From NCBI RefSeq assembly GCF_009914755.1, contig NC_060937.1: a stretch of 64,000 bases of DNA, one strand, 5' to 3'. The position numbers and the translations under genes are program-made. The notes beneath the pieces are model-generated. The model did no database searches. It was not told the origin of the DNA and worked only from the letters and a program-made list of their open reading frames with translations. This DNA is from the human T2T-CHM13v2.0 reference genome, Homo sapiens. How positions within the stretch are numbered: position 1 is the stretch's first letter; each line of letters opens with the position of its first letter. Positions 27,441 to 40,950 of this stretch are shown piece by piece.

Positions 27441-29779
27441 ACTCTGGACGACTGTTCCTTAAGAAATTAACAGAATGGGAAGTTTTAAACTCTACACCAA
27501 CCTTTTCATGACCTACACAGCAGCAACGCTGCTACTCTTAGACAAACACCGCGGGGAAGGCTGTTCTGTTTATTTAAATTTGTAAATAGAAAACAGTTGT
27601 TTTTTACTTTCATTTTTCACCTCCTCCTACGCCCTTTTGGATTATTTCCTCTGCGGCCCCTAGCATGAGCCCCAACCAGGCCTCCCCTTTTCCCCACTTC
27701 TCTCAATTCCCACAGGAAGCCCGAGAGGTGAGGAGCTGAGGTTAGACACCAGGAGAGGCACCATCACACAAAAGCGCGGCCGCAGAGTCCCACCGCCACC
27801 AGGCGACCCCCACCCAGAGAGGGACAGACATGCGGGGAGCCAGCACCGGGCAAGATGGCTCTGGGGATCCTCATTCTGTGAAGACACCAACTCATTTCTC
27901 AAACACAGGATCCAGGAGACAGATAGCTCCTAAATGGAGATGGCACATGCTCCGTGGGGTCCCTCATAGAGGAGTGCCACCCTCCACACTGGCCACGCTG
28001 GGCTGCCCCAGAGCGGCCAGAAAGGAAGGTGGGAGCTAGCCCCATCCTCACTCAGAGGCCGGAAGGAGGAAGATGGCATCTCGCCAACTTCAGAGCCGAA
28101 TGGCCTCTAGCCACACTGCTTCCAGACCCCAGACGGGGCAGCAGCAGCAGTTCCCAGAGGAGCACCCATTGTTGCAGCTAGGACCCACCAAGGATGGGAC
28201 TCCTGGAGTCAGGTGCACACCAGGTAACCCAGGACCACGCTGTGCACCCCCAGTCTGCCCCTCTGCTCAGAACACAGAGGGATGGGAGGATGGCTTGGCA
28301 GTGGGAAGGCAAAAGAAGGCCTCTCTCACTCTGCCCCTGCCATACGCACCCGCTGAGGGTGTTAGAAGCAGTGGAGGCAGAGCTGGCCCTAAGCAAAAGA
28401 AGAAAATAAACCTCACCTTGTCCTTCCTATGGGCAGCCCTCACCCCAATCTAACTACCCTTCCCATCCTCCAGCCTAATCCAAAGAAGCCCTTGGCTTGA
28501 GGGGATGAAGGGCTTGCGTTCTAGTCTCCACCCCAGCCCCACAGGCAGCCAGCCAGCCAGCCCCACACAGAGGGGCCTCCTCAAGGCCTCACTGGGAGCC
28601 TCCTGTCCCCAGCCAAGGAGCCCTACAGACCTGGGGAAAAGCAGGCCCCTCCGCAAGGCCCCTGGGTGGTGCGGAGGCCGGACCGGCTAGGCCTCCCGCT
28701 GCTGGCCACTCCCAGGCCACGGGTTCCTAGGTCCCAACCACATTGGACTGCTCACCACGCCCCTGCCCTCATCCCAAACTGCTTTGTTCAAACAAAACCA
28801 CCTTGTTTCAGTCTCCCCAAATGTCCAGTTCATTATCTTCCTCATAACCCATGGTCCCTATTAGGGTAGGATCATGAGACTAAGACCTATGAGAGCCACA
28901 AATCTGGACCAAAGTCCCATTCCCTGAACAGAGACCCAAACGACGAGGGTCCCAGAAGAGAGTTCAGTCCTGATCAGAAACCCATGGTGCCTTAGTCCTT
29001 GAAGAACAAAACTCTAGGAAGAAGATGCTGGAAGGCAAAGGGTATTCCCCCTCTTTCCCCACCCGCGTCTCTGTGGTGCCATGGGTGGGCCCAGGTACCC
29101 TGGGAAAGGTGGGAGAGCAGTCAAGGGTGGGTGTGTGATCTCCACTGGGCTCACTGGGCACCCCCGACACGGGGAAGTGAGAGCTGCCCAACTCCTGAGC
29201 CAGGCGTGGGTGACAGGAAGAGGACCTTGCAGCTAATCTGATTCATTAGAAACCATACCTGTTTATGTTTTGTGTAGCTCATCACAAGCCGCTTAGCCAT
29301 ATCACCCCCGTTATTAATTCTTGGGGTCTAAATTATGGGTAACACTATTAAAACATTATCAGAACTAATGAGAAACAATTACTTAGAAAATGAGCCGGGA
29401 CAAGATTGAGTTGGGAACATCAGTGGTGATCACTGTAGATTAGTTTAATAAATCATCAGGTGCAAGGCAAGACTGACTGTATGTATGCAAAGCCCCGTCA
29501 CGGGAAAATGAAATTGAGATTTTTTTTTTTTTGCATAATTTTTTCATTAATCTCAATAGGACCCGTGTGGTGTAGATTGCTTTATTCCCCTAATACCTTG
29601 CCTGGGGCGGGGGGGGGGGGGTGCCCAATAATGTCTTCATTGTTTTACTGAGGTCTTAATGACAATCTGTGACAACCTCATTTTAATGTATAGAGGATTA
29701 TATCAATACAGTCATGTTTTATTGAAATGGTGAAGGGAACTCCAGTCAGAGTCAGGCAGTGTCTGTGAGCACAAGTTAG

Positions 29780-31550
29780 GAAGTTTCTCGGCATCCGGGA
29801 GCGTTCCCGTCTGATGTCCCAGTGTTAGTCCTCCCGGCCGCCCTCCCCTCCTCTCCTCCAGGGACGGCTGGGAAAACAGTCCTGCGGGATGAAGACTTCA
29901 CCGCCTCCGATTTGAATTTGAAAGTAACTCCTTCCGTGGCATATTTCGCTGGGCAGATAGAACAAACCATGTCGTTTTCCCCCGTCTCTAAAATAGACAT
30001 ATTATTATCATTCACACTTTTGCACCCGGTCGTTTTGCGGGAGTTCGGGAAACTGACTTTCTTCATTGGGGACATTGTAATTTTCTGATGATGCCACGAG
30101 GAGAAAAAAAATACGGGTTTGTTTTAATTGGAAGGACCTTCCGCTTTTATGATTTCGGTTTACCTTGGAAAACTGAATCTTCTGTGTTTTATTTCTTTCC
30201 TCTAGTACTAGAAAAGCAATGAATTAATTGCACAAAACAGGTTCTGAGACGGCCCGCAGGCCCCGAGCTCGTGGACGCGGCCGAGGGTCGGGTGTGACCC
30301 GCGGAGCCGCTGCCAGGCTTCCCAGCTCGTCTTCGCGGGGAGCGGGGAGGCAGGACCAGACCCCAGCATTTCAGCGTGAAAGTCTTCGCCTTTCTTTCCG
30401 CGCTGTCTTTCCCGCGGGCGGAGCGGCGTACCTGAGCGCGGTCCCCACGGAGGATCAGTGACTTTCCCAGACCCCGCGGGCGAGCCCGCGCTTGGGACCC
30501 GGCAGCTCTGCGCGGGCTGGTTTTGGAGGGGGTGGTGTTCGTTTGTTTAAATTCCAGTTGTTATTTGGCAGCATATCGCCTTCCGAGTCAGTAAGAATTG
30601 CCCACGACGTAAAGAGCGACTTGCAGGAAGGGGCCGAAGCCGTCGTTAGCGCCCGGGCGGCGGCGGCCACTCGAACCCCGTTTCCGCCAAGCGCGCTGCA
30701 ACCTGCGGGGCGAGTTCGTTTTGTTTTGCCAAAATCATTTGGGACTTCTTTGTCATTCATGCCCTTCCTTTTAAATGATTTTTATTTTTTTCCACTGTAA
30801 GTGACCGGCTGGGTTTGACTTTTGCTTCTTCCGACGGAAGGGCACCGCGAGCCGGGGTGGGCGGCCCCGCGGGCAGGAGGAGCGCGGGGTACACGCGGTG
30901 GCCGCAGACGCCGAGCCCTGCGGAGCCCCGAGGCCTCGTCGCCCGCGCCCCCGGTGCGCGCGGAGCCGGGGCCGAGGCCGGGCCAGGAGGAGTGTGGCGG
31001 CCCAGGAGGCCTGGACTGTGGGCCCTGCTCGGCCGCCCGCCGCGGGCCGCCCGGAGCCCGCGCGCCTGTCGCGCAGCCCGGCTGTAATGGTGGCAGATCA
31101 AAGGCGGCCCCGTGTCCCCGCGGAGCCCGGGACAATCCCGCGCCTTTGTGCGCTGTTGCTAGGAGCCCGAGAAACTAAGAGAAAGTGTCAGGAGCATGTT
31201 AATCAGACTCGTTACACTGTAACAATAACGTCTCTCTCGGGTCTCCCAGGCCCCAGTACCCCCGCGCACCCTGCGCGCAGGCCGGACACCTGCGCAGGGC
31301 CCTTGCGCCCGCCCTGGGGTCCCGCCGGCCCTGGGGTCCCTGCAGCCCCGAATCCGCACCCGAGCCACGCGGAACGACTAGCCCCGAGGGGCCCCGCAGG
31401 CTCCCGGTGCAGCTCCCTGGTCGTGGTCTCCTTGACCGAAGCCCCGGCCTCACACCGCCTGGCCGCGAGCCCGAGGGACGCAGGGACGATCCCGGTCCCC
31501 TGCTTTTCAGTCCTCCAGTCGAATCGCCCACTTTGTTCAATCACAGTATT
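29780..31550. promoter_or_regulatory. Orphan CpG island 3' of CLYBL
   Basis: Very high GC and CpG density (core 30250-31500, many CGCG/CCGG), repeat-free, with no credible coding exon. Confidence 0.9.
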
Positions 31551-32531
31551 CGAATCAAGAGGAAAATGAACATTCCCTTTATGGTAGCTTTTTGGTTATG
31601 AGTTTTGGCAAAACTGTTAAATCAACTTTGCCGATTTCCCTTGGGAATCCCTGGAGGCCACTCTAAGTGGTAATCCCAAGTTTAAGAAGGAAATGGGGAA
31701 ATTTTGCTGAGAGTAAAGATGTCGCCGAACTTTTTGAAGGGATTTGCTTCATTCATTCATTTAGTCATTCAACAGACACCTGTTGAACCCGACTGGGTGC
31801 CAGAGGGGCCAGTCACAGGACTTATTCCAGATGAACTTTTCTTTTGAAATTAGAATGCCCTTGTGGAAGCCAAAGGAGGAGCAGAGGCCTAAAATAATGT
31901 CAAGTGTCAAAGCAAAAAGAAGTGCCATTGGCTACTACAGTGTGTGATGATAACAAGAGAGGTGCGAATTAGGAATTTAAAACGTTTGAAAAACTACAGG
32001 CCATATGCTTTGAAACCAGCCACTTTTTCCATCTTTCATCTCCCTCTCCCCTCCGGTTTTGGTGGGCAGGAGCTATGCCAGGCTGCAGTCCTCAACCCGT
32101 CAGAGGCCTGCCTGAGGTCTGAGGAGTGAGGCCAGGCCTTCTGTTTGTACACAGCCTTTCAAACGTGCAGAGAGACACACTCCATCCTGGCCCCATTCCC
32201 CCTTTGCTCATACGCAGGGAACTGGAAACCTGTCCTCAAGATTAGGGCTGAATTTGGCCAAGTTAAGGTGCTTTTCTCCCATACAAGCTCTTGTTCGAGA
32301 ACAAACCCATTCTGGAAGGTATAGAAGGGGGCCAGACTTCCAGAGTCAAGCTACCCGCACCTAAGTCACAGGACAAAGCTGGCTGTCACCAGGATGGGTG
32401 TAAGACAGCCTCTCAACTCACCTGTGCCTACCATTGACTGAGGAGGAATCCCAAAACTGTGTGAGACTCCTCTGTCGGTGAAACTTTCTCTCTTTCACCG
32501 TTGCATGCAACATGTAAACATATAGAAAACT

Positions 32532-32838
32532 GGGTCGGGTGCAGTGACTTACGCCTGTAATCCCAGCACTTTGGGAGGCTGAGGTGGGCAGATCACTTAA
32601 GGTCAGGAGTTCAAGACCAGCCTGGCCAACATGGTGAAACCCCGTCTCTACTAAAAATACAAAAAATTAGCTGGGTGTGGTGGCGCATGCTTGTAATCCC
32701 AGCTACCCGAAAGGCTGAGGCAGGAGAATCGCTTGACCCGGGAGGCAGAGGTTGCCCAAGATCCTGCCACTGCACTCCAGCCTGGGCAACAAGGGCGAAA
32801 TGCCGTCTCAAAAAAAAAAAAAGAAAGAAAGAAAGAAA
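32532..32838 (+). mobile_element. AluS with (AAAG)n tail
   Basis: Dimeric Alu with TSD agaaaactggg. Confidence 0.93.
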
Positions 32839-34004
32839 GAAAACTGGGCAGGTTCCCTGGGGATTGGAGCCCCAGGCCTGGAAGGAACTTTAGAGATTCC
32901 TTTCATTACATAAATAAAGGAGTTGATACGCTGAAAACTCCATCTTACAAAAAACAAGAGAGGCCGAACACTGGCTATGTGATGATGATAAAATAGCTGG
33001 CTAAAGGGGAGAGATTCAGTGACAAGAAACTGGATTTCTTTGGTTTACATAACGCCAAATAGCTGGTTTGGCTGGGTTCTGTTTTGTTTTTAAACACAGA
33101 ATCAAATTTCCTTCATAATCAGACACACTAATAGAATCAAGAGAAAAATGAACATTCCATTTTAGAGAGCTTTGTGGTAGAGAGTTTCTTCCAAAGACTC
33201 CATACTCTAGGCATCTGGCTTAATGTTAAAAAGGGGCAGGGGGATGGTCTTTTGAGTTCTGTGAAAGGAAGAACGTAAAAACCAACATGAACTTCTGGCT
33301 TCGATTTTCTGGGAGAACTGTGCTGGCTAATAACCCAAACCCCCAAATGAGGACAAGGGCACATCCATTTTTCCCCATCTAATTTCCAGGGCCTGGAATT
33401 CGTGCGGTGGCTCTCGGGAGCTTCTCCCAGGCTGGCAGAAGGGAGCTCCAGCTACTGCCTGCCCCCGCCCCTGTGTACCCACATCAGTGACAGCATGGCT
33501 CTCTCAAGAGGCCCTGGCCACTGTCCACACTGATCTTTTCCGAAGCCTTTGCACAAGCTGTAACCCTCCCTCTCTATGACACCCAACAAACGCCAAAGCA
33601 TTCTTTAAGACACAGCTTGAAAGCCACTCCTGAGAGATCCTCCCAGCTCCCCTAGAGACAACTTGCTGCTCTTCCCTTAGTCCTTCTGTTGCACGGATTG
33701 GACTTTCATTATAGTGGTTGTTTAGATGTGTGTGTCCCCAAAAAATAGTGTGGATGCCTTGAATATTGAACATTGTCACACATCTCTGATCCCTCTCCTG
33801 CTCTCGCCTCTCATCCCCAGCATGAGCTTGTGGAAAATGTATTCATTAAAATCAGGACCTGAGTCTCCCTCCTCCACTTAGGTTCTGATGCTGGCTCTAC
33901 CACTAATGGGTTAGGTTACGTGCAGACAGAAGAAGAAGCCATTTATTCTCTCTGAACATCAGTCTCTTCAGCTACCCAAATAAAAACACCTAACTCCAAG
34001 AGTT

Positions 34005-34330
34005 CCTATGAGGATGTGGTAGTCAGAGAGATGCGCCACTTCCAGGATCCCCACTTGCCGGGCTGGGGAGATGCAGTCAGCAGACAGCTCCCCACCCCGC
34101 TGCCTTGCCCAAGACCCTTCCAGGGCCCCCCACCATTTTGGCCAGAGGTGGGACACACATGCCAGAGTTTCCAGTGGGGTTAGCCAAGACTTTGTTGGGT
34201 CTGCTTGGCCATTCAACTTCTCCTTCACACTAATCCTGAATTCTCCTTCCTTTCCTGGATGTTGTTCCCTGGCATCTTGCACCGTAGACTCTGTCTGAGC
34301 ATCTGCTTCTAGAGCTCCTAACCTGTGGCA
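34005..34330 (+). mobile_element. Old ERVL-type solo LTR fragment (LTR16/LTR33-like), within a MIR
   Basis: The 3' end ctctgtctgagcatctgcttctagagctcctaacctgtggca resembles that family's terminus, and MIR pieces flank it. Confidence 0.45.
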
Positions 34331-34369
34331 GAGGATTAAATGAACTACTGTATTCAAAAGCACCTGGCA

Positions 34370-34565
34370 TATGGTGGTTGTCAGGGTTGGGGGTGGGGCA
34401 ATGGGGAGTTACTGTTTAATGGGTACTGAGTTTCATTTTTGCAAGATGAAAAAAGTTCTGGAGAAGAGGAGGGCTATGGTGGCACAACGATACGAATGTA
34501 CTTAATGCCACAGTGCTTAAAATTGTAAATCTTGTTTCTTATATTTTACCATAATTTTTTAAAAT
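34370..34565 (+). mobile_element. L1MB 3'-end fragment
   Basis: atggtggttgtcaggg...aatggggagttactgtttaatgggtac...gcaagatgaaaaaagttctggag. Confidence 0.8.
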
Positions 34566-34786
34566 AATTTTTTTAAAAGAATGAATGTAAAATAAAGAGG
34601 AAAAACTAATAAATAAATACAGTATTTTTAAAGCACCTAGCATCATGCTTGGCACGTAGTAGGCATTCAGTAAAGATCAAGTGACTTCCACCCAGGGGCC
34701 AAACCTGCGCACAGTAGAGTTTGGGAATCCCACTGCGCAGAGCTGGTTGGAATATGCATTTCTACGCAGCGAACCCCATTTTCTCC

Positions 34787-35098
34787 TTTATTTTTATTTT
34801 TATTTATTTATTTTTTTTGAGACAGGGTCTCACTCCTTCACCCATGCTGGAGTGTAGTGGTGAGATATTGGCTCACTGCAACCTCTGCCTCCTGGGTTCA
34901 AGCAATTCTCCTGCCTCAGCCTCCTAAGTAGCTGGGATTACAGGGGCACACCACAACAACCTGCTAATTTTTGTATTTTTAGTAGAGATGGGGTTTCACC
35001 ATGTTGGCCAGGCTGGACTCGAGCTCCTAACCTCAGGTGATCCACCCGCCTCGGCCTCCCAAAGTGCTGGGATTACACACGAGCCACCTGGCCTGGCC
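34787..35098 (-). mobile_element. AluS
   Basis: Reverse Alu consensus. Confidence 0.93.
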
Positions 35099-36464
35099 TT
35101 CATATTTACTTTCATTACTAGATGAAGTATATGCTCTCACAGGAAAACGTGTTCAAATTCTGGGACATACCAGAAAGGGCGGCACACTCCCACAGCCACG
35201 TGCATTTTGGGGAGCTGCATTGCTCTTTTGTTGTTGTCGTTGTTATTAACAGTCTCCTAGCTCCACTGCTGGCCTATGGAAGTTTCTCTCGGTGCTGGAG
35301 ATGTTCTGACTGTAAACTCTTATCTGATCATTTTGTCCCGTCCCCTGATCTTGCAGACCCTTAAGGGCTGGAGGATTATGCAGTACCAACTCCTGGCTGA
35401 AGGGGGCACCATCCACATAGAAAAAATGCAATGCTAGGGGCACCTTCTGGAGTTGTGCAACTATTGGCCCTGCTAGGGGACTTGCTCAAGGTCACACTGC
35501 TGGCAAAACCAAGACTACCACTAAACTCTCCAAATTCTCTCCACTAAACCACACAGCTTCCTCCTCCCTCGAGCTCCTCAGATTCATGCTTCCACATCAG
35601 GTTCCCCAGTTCATCAGTGCTGCAGGGTGAGCAAGCTCCAAATGTGTGTTTTGAAACAATGAGAAAAATAACGAAGCCTCCTTTTCAGCAACTGCCTCCC
35701 TCAGAGACAGTGCCTGACCCCAGCAAAGATACTCGAATTCATCACAATTCAAACAACCAGTCATCAAAAACACAGCCGGGAAGCTCTGCCACCAGGCCAG
35801 TGCCACCTCGCAATACACCTTGATGTCCCCCGGCCCCTGTAGGTCCCTGAGCACCTGCCTCCCAGACTCAACATGCCGCTGCACATTTTGCAGGATTTTC
35901 TGCTGGGGGCTGGTCTGAATGGCTGGAAAATGTCTTGGGTTGTCTGAGGGAAGAAGGCCCGGGGCAGGCATGATGTGGATGCCAGCGCCAAGGACAGAGG
36001 CTGCAGCGCCATGCTGAGCTGGCTCCCTCGACACCACCTCTTGGCCGCGGGCCTCACTCCCAAGCTCCATCCCCCATGGGCACCGTTCTTTGCATCATCT
36101 CTCCTTCCATCTAGTCCTGCTAGATTCTTCCTTCTGCCTTGTAATTTTACCTTCTCTTCCTTCCTCCCCTTACAATTCCAAAAGCAAAAATAACAAATGT
36201 AGGAAAGAAAACAACAACACGGGCAAACTATGTTTTTCTAATTCTGTGTGTGTTTTGGAGGTAAATCGAATGTCTTAGGCCATGAGCTGCTTGCAGGACA
36301 TTCCGCAATCCTTCCTCGACTGTGGGCTTGGCACAGGACATTTACGGTGTCCATTTTATCAGAGAGACCCCGAGAGAGACCCCGAGTGCACAGACAGATA
36401 ATACTGTACTTTGGGAATCAAAGTAGAAATGTCAGTGAGGCTGCTTAATTAGTTAGTAAATTAA

Positions 36465-36869
<405 letters not shown>

Positions 36870-38242
36870 TAAGTCATAAGGAAGATGATGATCTGCAAAT
36901 TGGTGATTGAAACTCATTTGAGAGCCTAGAGTGATGCTTAGAAATGAGAAAGTTTAACTTCACATCAAGTTTACATGTACATACAAACTCATAAAGTGTA
37001 CCTTTTATAACAGTATAAACTCATAAAATGTAATTTCTATCCTATTCTTAACCTTATTCCTTTTGGGGGAGATATTACCAGAAAGGTAACAACAAATGAT
37101 TAGTATAAAAACAGATATTTTCAAATTATGAGAAACATTCCATTTTAGGTTATAAGAATGTGACCCAAGATGATAATTTTCATAATTTTGCCTCATAAAA
37201 GCGTTTTTAAAATATGATCAGTCTTTGTGTCATATAAGGAATTTTAAATTGTCAAATATATGAGAATACTTAAGGTAAATGTTTTCAAAATAAATAGCCA
37301 ATGAATGGGCTATGAATTTGCATGCACACTGCCTATGAAAATCAGCATATTTTAAACTGGTTTGTTCAGAGGGCGCCACTGGCCTTTTTTCTCTTCCTTC
37401 TCAAAGGGCATATGTGTTAGATTAGTGCTCAGAAAAGAGAACATGTTTTCATAGCCTCCAGTGTAGCGTTTATAAAAATTGTGATGATTTTAGGACTGCA
37501 CCTTCATTTTTTGAATTTTCAAAACTTGTCCCTTTTTACTTTTATTTTCTTTCAACAAAACGAAGACCTAAGAACCCCTTTAAGAAATGTTATCCATTCC
37601 CACAGAGTCCCAGTTTGTTGACCTTCAGGCCACAGAGTAAAACCTTCCTTTTAAGTGAAGCATTCCCCATTGGGAAGCACTCCAGCTTTTTCTTTTTATG
37701 AGGAACTTTAACTGCTGGACTTAATTTAATTATTGTATTTTGTACATACTCCCAGAAGCCCCAGGGCATGAGCTTTACTTTTTTCAAAACTTTCAAATAA
37801 ATATCTTTTAGGATCGCACATTTCTGATGGCAGTGTTCCGTCTTTGACTTGTATTTCTAATCCAAATACTGAACTTGGATCTTTCTATTTCCTGTGACCT
37901 ATCAATGGACGGGTTTCAACCATAGCATCACTTTGCCACAGACCGTCTTCATGAGCAGACATAGGCATGCAGTCATTTGAGTTCTTAGTGCAGGAGCCTC
38001 GATTTCATAACAAGAAAATAAAAACCATCTCCAAAGTTGAACTACATTTTAAAACCTGGCTAGTTCTGGAGACATGGTCTTCAATAAGGAGGGTTGCTAG
38101 GCAGACATTGCCATGAAATCAGGAGCCTGCTGGCCCCATGGCCGCAGTCTGCCACCATCTGTCTTTAAAGTTCCTTGAAGGTGCTCCCCCAGCACTGGCT
38201 ACTCCTCCCCCATCCCAGCAGAGGCTCATTGCAAACACACTG

Positions 38243-38314
38243 GCACACACACACGCACGCACACTGACACACACATACACTCACACACTCGCACACGCAC
38301 ACACACATGCACAC
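38243..38314. repeat. Imperfect (CA)n microsatellite
   Basis: cacacacacacgcacgcacactgacacacacatacac... Confidence 0.85.
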
Positions 38315-38711
38315 AGGGAATTGTCATCCTTAGCAAATAGCAAAAAGTCAGTATCTCTATTTCTTATCTCTCTCTATCCGTAAACATTTCTTTTTGATCC
38401 TTTCGATTTCCATGATTTCCACCTGGAAATTAAAAACTTTGACATCTTGACTCTTAAAGGTGAAAAATAAATTTGTTTTGGATAACTGGCTTAAAACTCA
38501 CTTAGGAATATAAAAATGTGAAGCAAACACAACTTTTCTAAATTCGTAAGATCTGCCCAAAATACTCCGTGAGGTTCGCGTCCCGTATGAAGCAAGTTTA
38601 ATTTGTGGACTTCCATGAAATCTGAATTTAGGAAGAAGATGTTTTTAAGTAGCATTATCTGCAAAATGAATCTGATTTCCTTACTTACTTTTGTTTAAAA
38701 ATTTAAATTAC

Positions 38712-38945
38712 AGTCTGAGCAGCAAAGCAAGACCCCATCTCTACAAAATAAAATTAAATTTAAGAAAATTAGGCTGGCATGGTGGCACACATCTGTGGTC
38801 CCAGCTACTCAGGAGGCTGATGCGGGAGGAGCACTTGAGCCCAAGAGTTCAAGGCTGCAGTGAGCTGTGATCGTGCCACTGCACTCCAGCCTGGATGACA
38901 GAGTGAGACCCCTCTCTTAAAAAAAAAAAACAAAAACAAAAAAAC
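38712..38945 (+). mobile_element. AluJ (5'-truncated)
   Basis: ttgagcccaagagttcaaggctgcagtgagctgtgatc. Confidence 0.88.
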
Positions 38946-40143
38946 CCCACACCTTTTTAATTATAAAAAGCACAGCATTTTGTTGCCAAAGAAGGACTTA
39001 GAGGTCACCTAAGCCAATGGACTGGATCTTGGCTGATATTAGAATTATTTCTTGGGCTTTTAGTAAATACTAATATCTGGGCCCCACCCCAAACTAATTC
39101 AATCAGACTCTAGTCTAACCCCTCATTTTGCAGATTAAAAAGAGAAACAGCCAGACAGAACTCCCAGACCTCGAAAGGCGAAATGTGGCCCCTTCCATTT
39201 GCAGTCAAAGGGACAACATTGTAACATGATTTGGGAATTCCTGGCTATGCTAAACTTTAAAAAGCAAAGTTCAAACCAGTTTCCATAATTATGTTTGGGT
39301 CTCATGAATTGATTTGATAAGGAAGAGTTGACTGATTCCTCACACATGACCTAATTTCTAATTTTATACACATTCACATCCCTGAATGATTGCAGAAGAG
39401 GCTGAAATAGCCATCATGTTGAAATGTCTCATGCTATAATTTTCGAAATCAGCCACACGTGTATGGATGGCTGTCCTGTAAATGTCACCTAAAAGAAATG
39501 TGTGGCCTCTAAAATGGCAGCGTCGTGCTTCAAACTAATATTCCATAATTTAATTTTTCTCATATATACTTAAAGCATATAAGTAAAAAGCAGTATTTTT
39601 CCCAGTGTCAGCTCAAAACTGTACAGTTTTTATGAAAATGAAGGCAAAGACGTCAAGTAACAGCTCAGCCAAGTGAGTCCCACAGCCCCGCAAGGCAGAG
39701 GTGAGCGTAGCTGCCCTCCCTGGGGGTCTCAAGAGAGCAAAAGAGGCCCTGAAAGGGCAGCCTCCCTCTTGTAAGAAGCTCAACTGGGAGCTCAGCGGGC
39801 TTTGAGCCATCTTTGCAGAGACAGCTTTTCCCACCCTGCCTCCCCCAGAACAGTACACCTCCCCCACCTTTTCTGCTCCCCCACATCTGCCTCCTTTGCC
39901 TCTTTCCCCACAGGGCTGGCCTGCTCACAGGTCTCAGAGGGAAAGGGGGTGCTTCACACTGGAGGGTCTGGTCCTAGGCCATTCTCTCCAGCCGAGGACC
40001 TCCTGGGAGAGATCCAGAAAGCTTTGATCACAACTATCTGCCTTGGGCTAAAAGACCTCTGGTTGGTCACTCCTCTAGGATCTTAATAAGGCCAGGACCT
40101 AGGATCACAGATGCATACCTGTTTTTCTTTTTTTTTAATAAAG

Positions 40144-40279
40144 GGAATGCTGAGCTGCAATGACCATTACTGTAGAGTTACAACAAGAGGGTAAAGTTCA
40201 TACATGGCGACCTGTGTCAAATCCGTCCATTGATCTGCCCTCCAGCACACATTTACTGAGCTTCTGTTACGTGCCTGTG
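40144..40279 (+). other. Candidate distal 3'UTR cassette exon of CLYBL (136 nt)
   Basis: Long polypyrimidine tract gtttttctttttttttaataaag|G and consensus donor GTG|gtgagt, in unique sequence. Confidence 0.5.
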
Positions 40280-40619
40280 GTGAGTGACATGACATCACTG
40301 TGTTAGTGACTGGCCAAAAGGGTGTCTTGAAGCCGCCCTAGGGCCCTTCTGGCCCTGTTCTAGGAAGTGAAAGCTGGGGGCAGTGGAGCCCTTTCTTATT
40401 CTGTCCACCCTCCCCCACCTCCATTCTGTTCCAATTATTCTTCATTATCCTTCAAAGCAAACTTGCAAGTCAGCCAAGAACCGAGCTCCAGGTGTGAGAC
40501 CAAAAAAAGAAAGAAAAGGGGGAAGAAATCTAAAAGTACCTTAGATGGAAATTTTCATGCAGCCATAAAAAAGGGTTTTTTGGTTGTTGTTTTTGCTTTT
40601 TTTTTTTTTAGATCAAACA

Positions 40620-40950
40620 TGTTTTGTTGTTGTTGTTGTGGTGGTTGTGGTTGTTTTTGAGACAGGGTCTCTGTCTGTCGCCCAGACTGGAGTACAGCTG
40701 CACGATCTCGGCTCACTGCAGCCTCGACCTCCCCTGCTCAAGCCATCCTCCCACCTCAGCCAGGACCCCACCCAAGTAGCAGGAACTACAGGCCTGTGCC
40801 ACCACTCCCAGATGATTTTTGTATTTTTTGTAGAAACGGGGTCTCACCATGTTGCCCAGTCTGTTCTTGAACTCCTGGGCTCAAGTGATCCACCTGCCTC
40901 AGCCTCCCAAAGTGCTAGGATTACAGGCATGAGCCATGACACTCTGCCAG
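40620..40950 (-). mobile_element. AluJ with (TTG)n tail
   Basis: Reverse Alu with AluJ diagnostics. Confidence 0.9.

Noticed and set aside
30782-31569. Overlapping 90-223 aa ORFs in the CpG island
   Set aside because: Pro/Arg/Gly/Ala-rich ORFs on both strands are expected from stop-codon scarcity in GC-rich DNA, and no domain is recognisable.
35597-36070. 157-aa minus-strand ORF as a processed pseudogene (also 57745-58281 and 61136-61726)
   Set aside because: No recognisable protein similarity, poly(A) tail or TSD. A BLASTX/tBLASTn search would be needed to overturn this.
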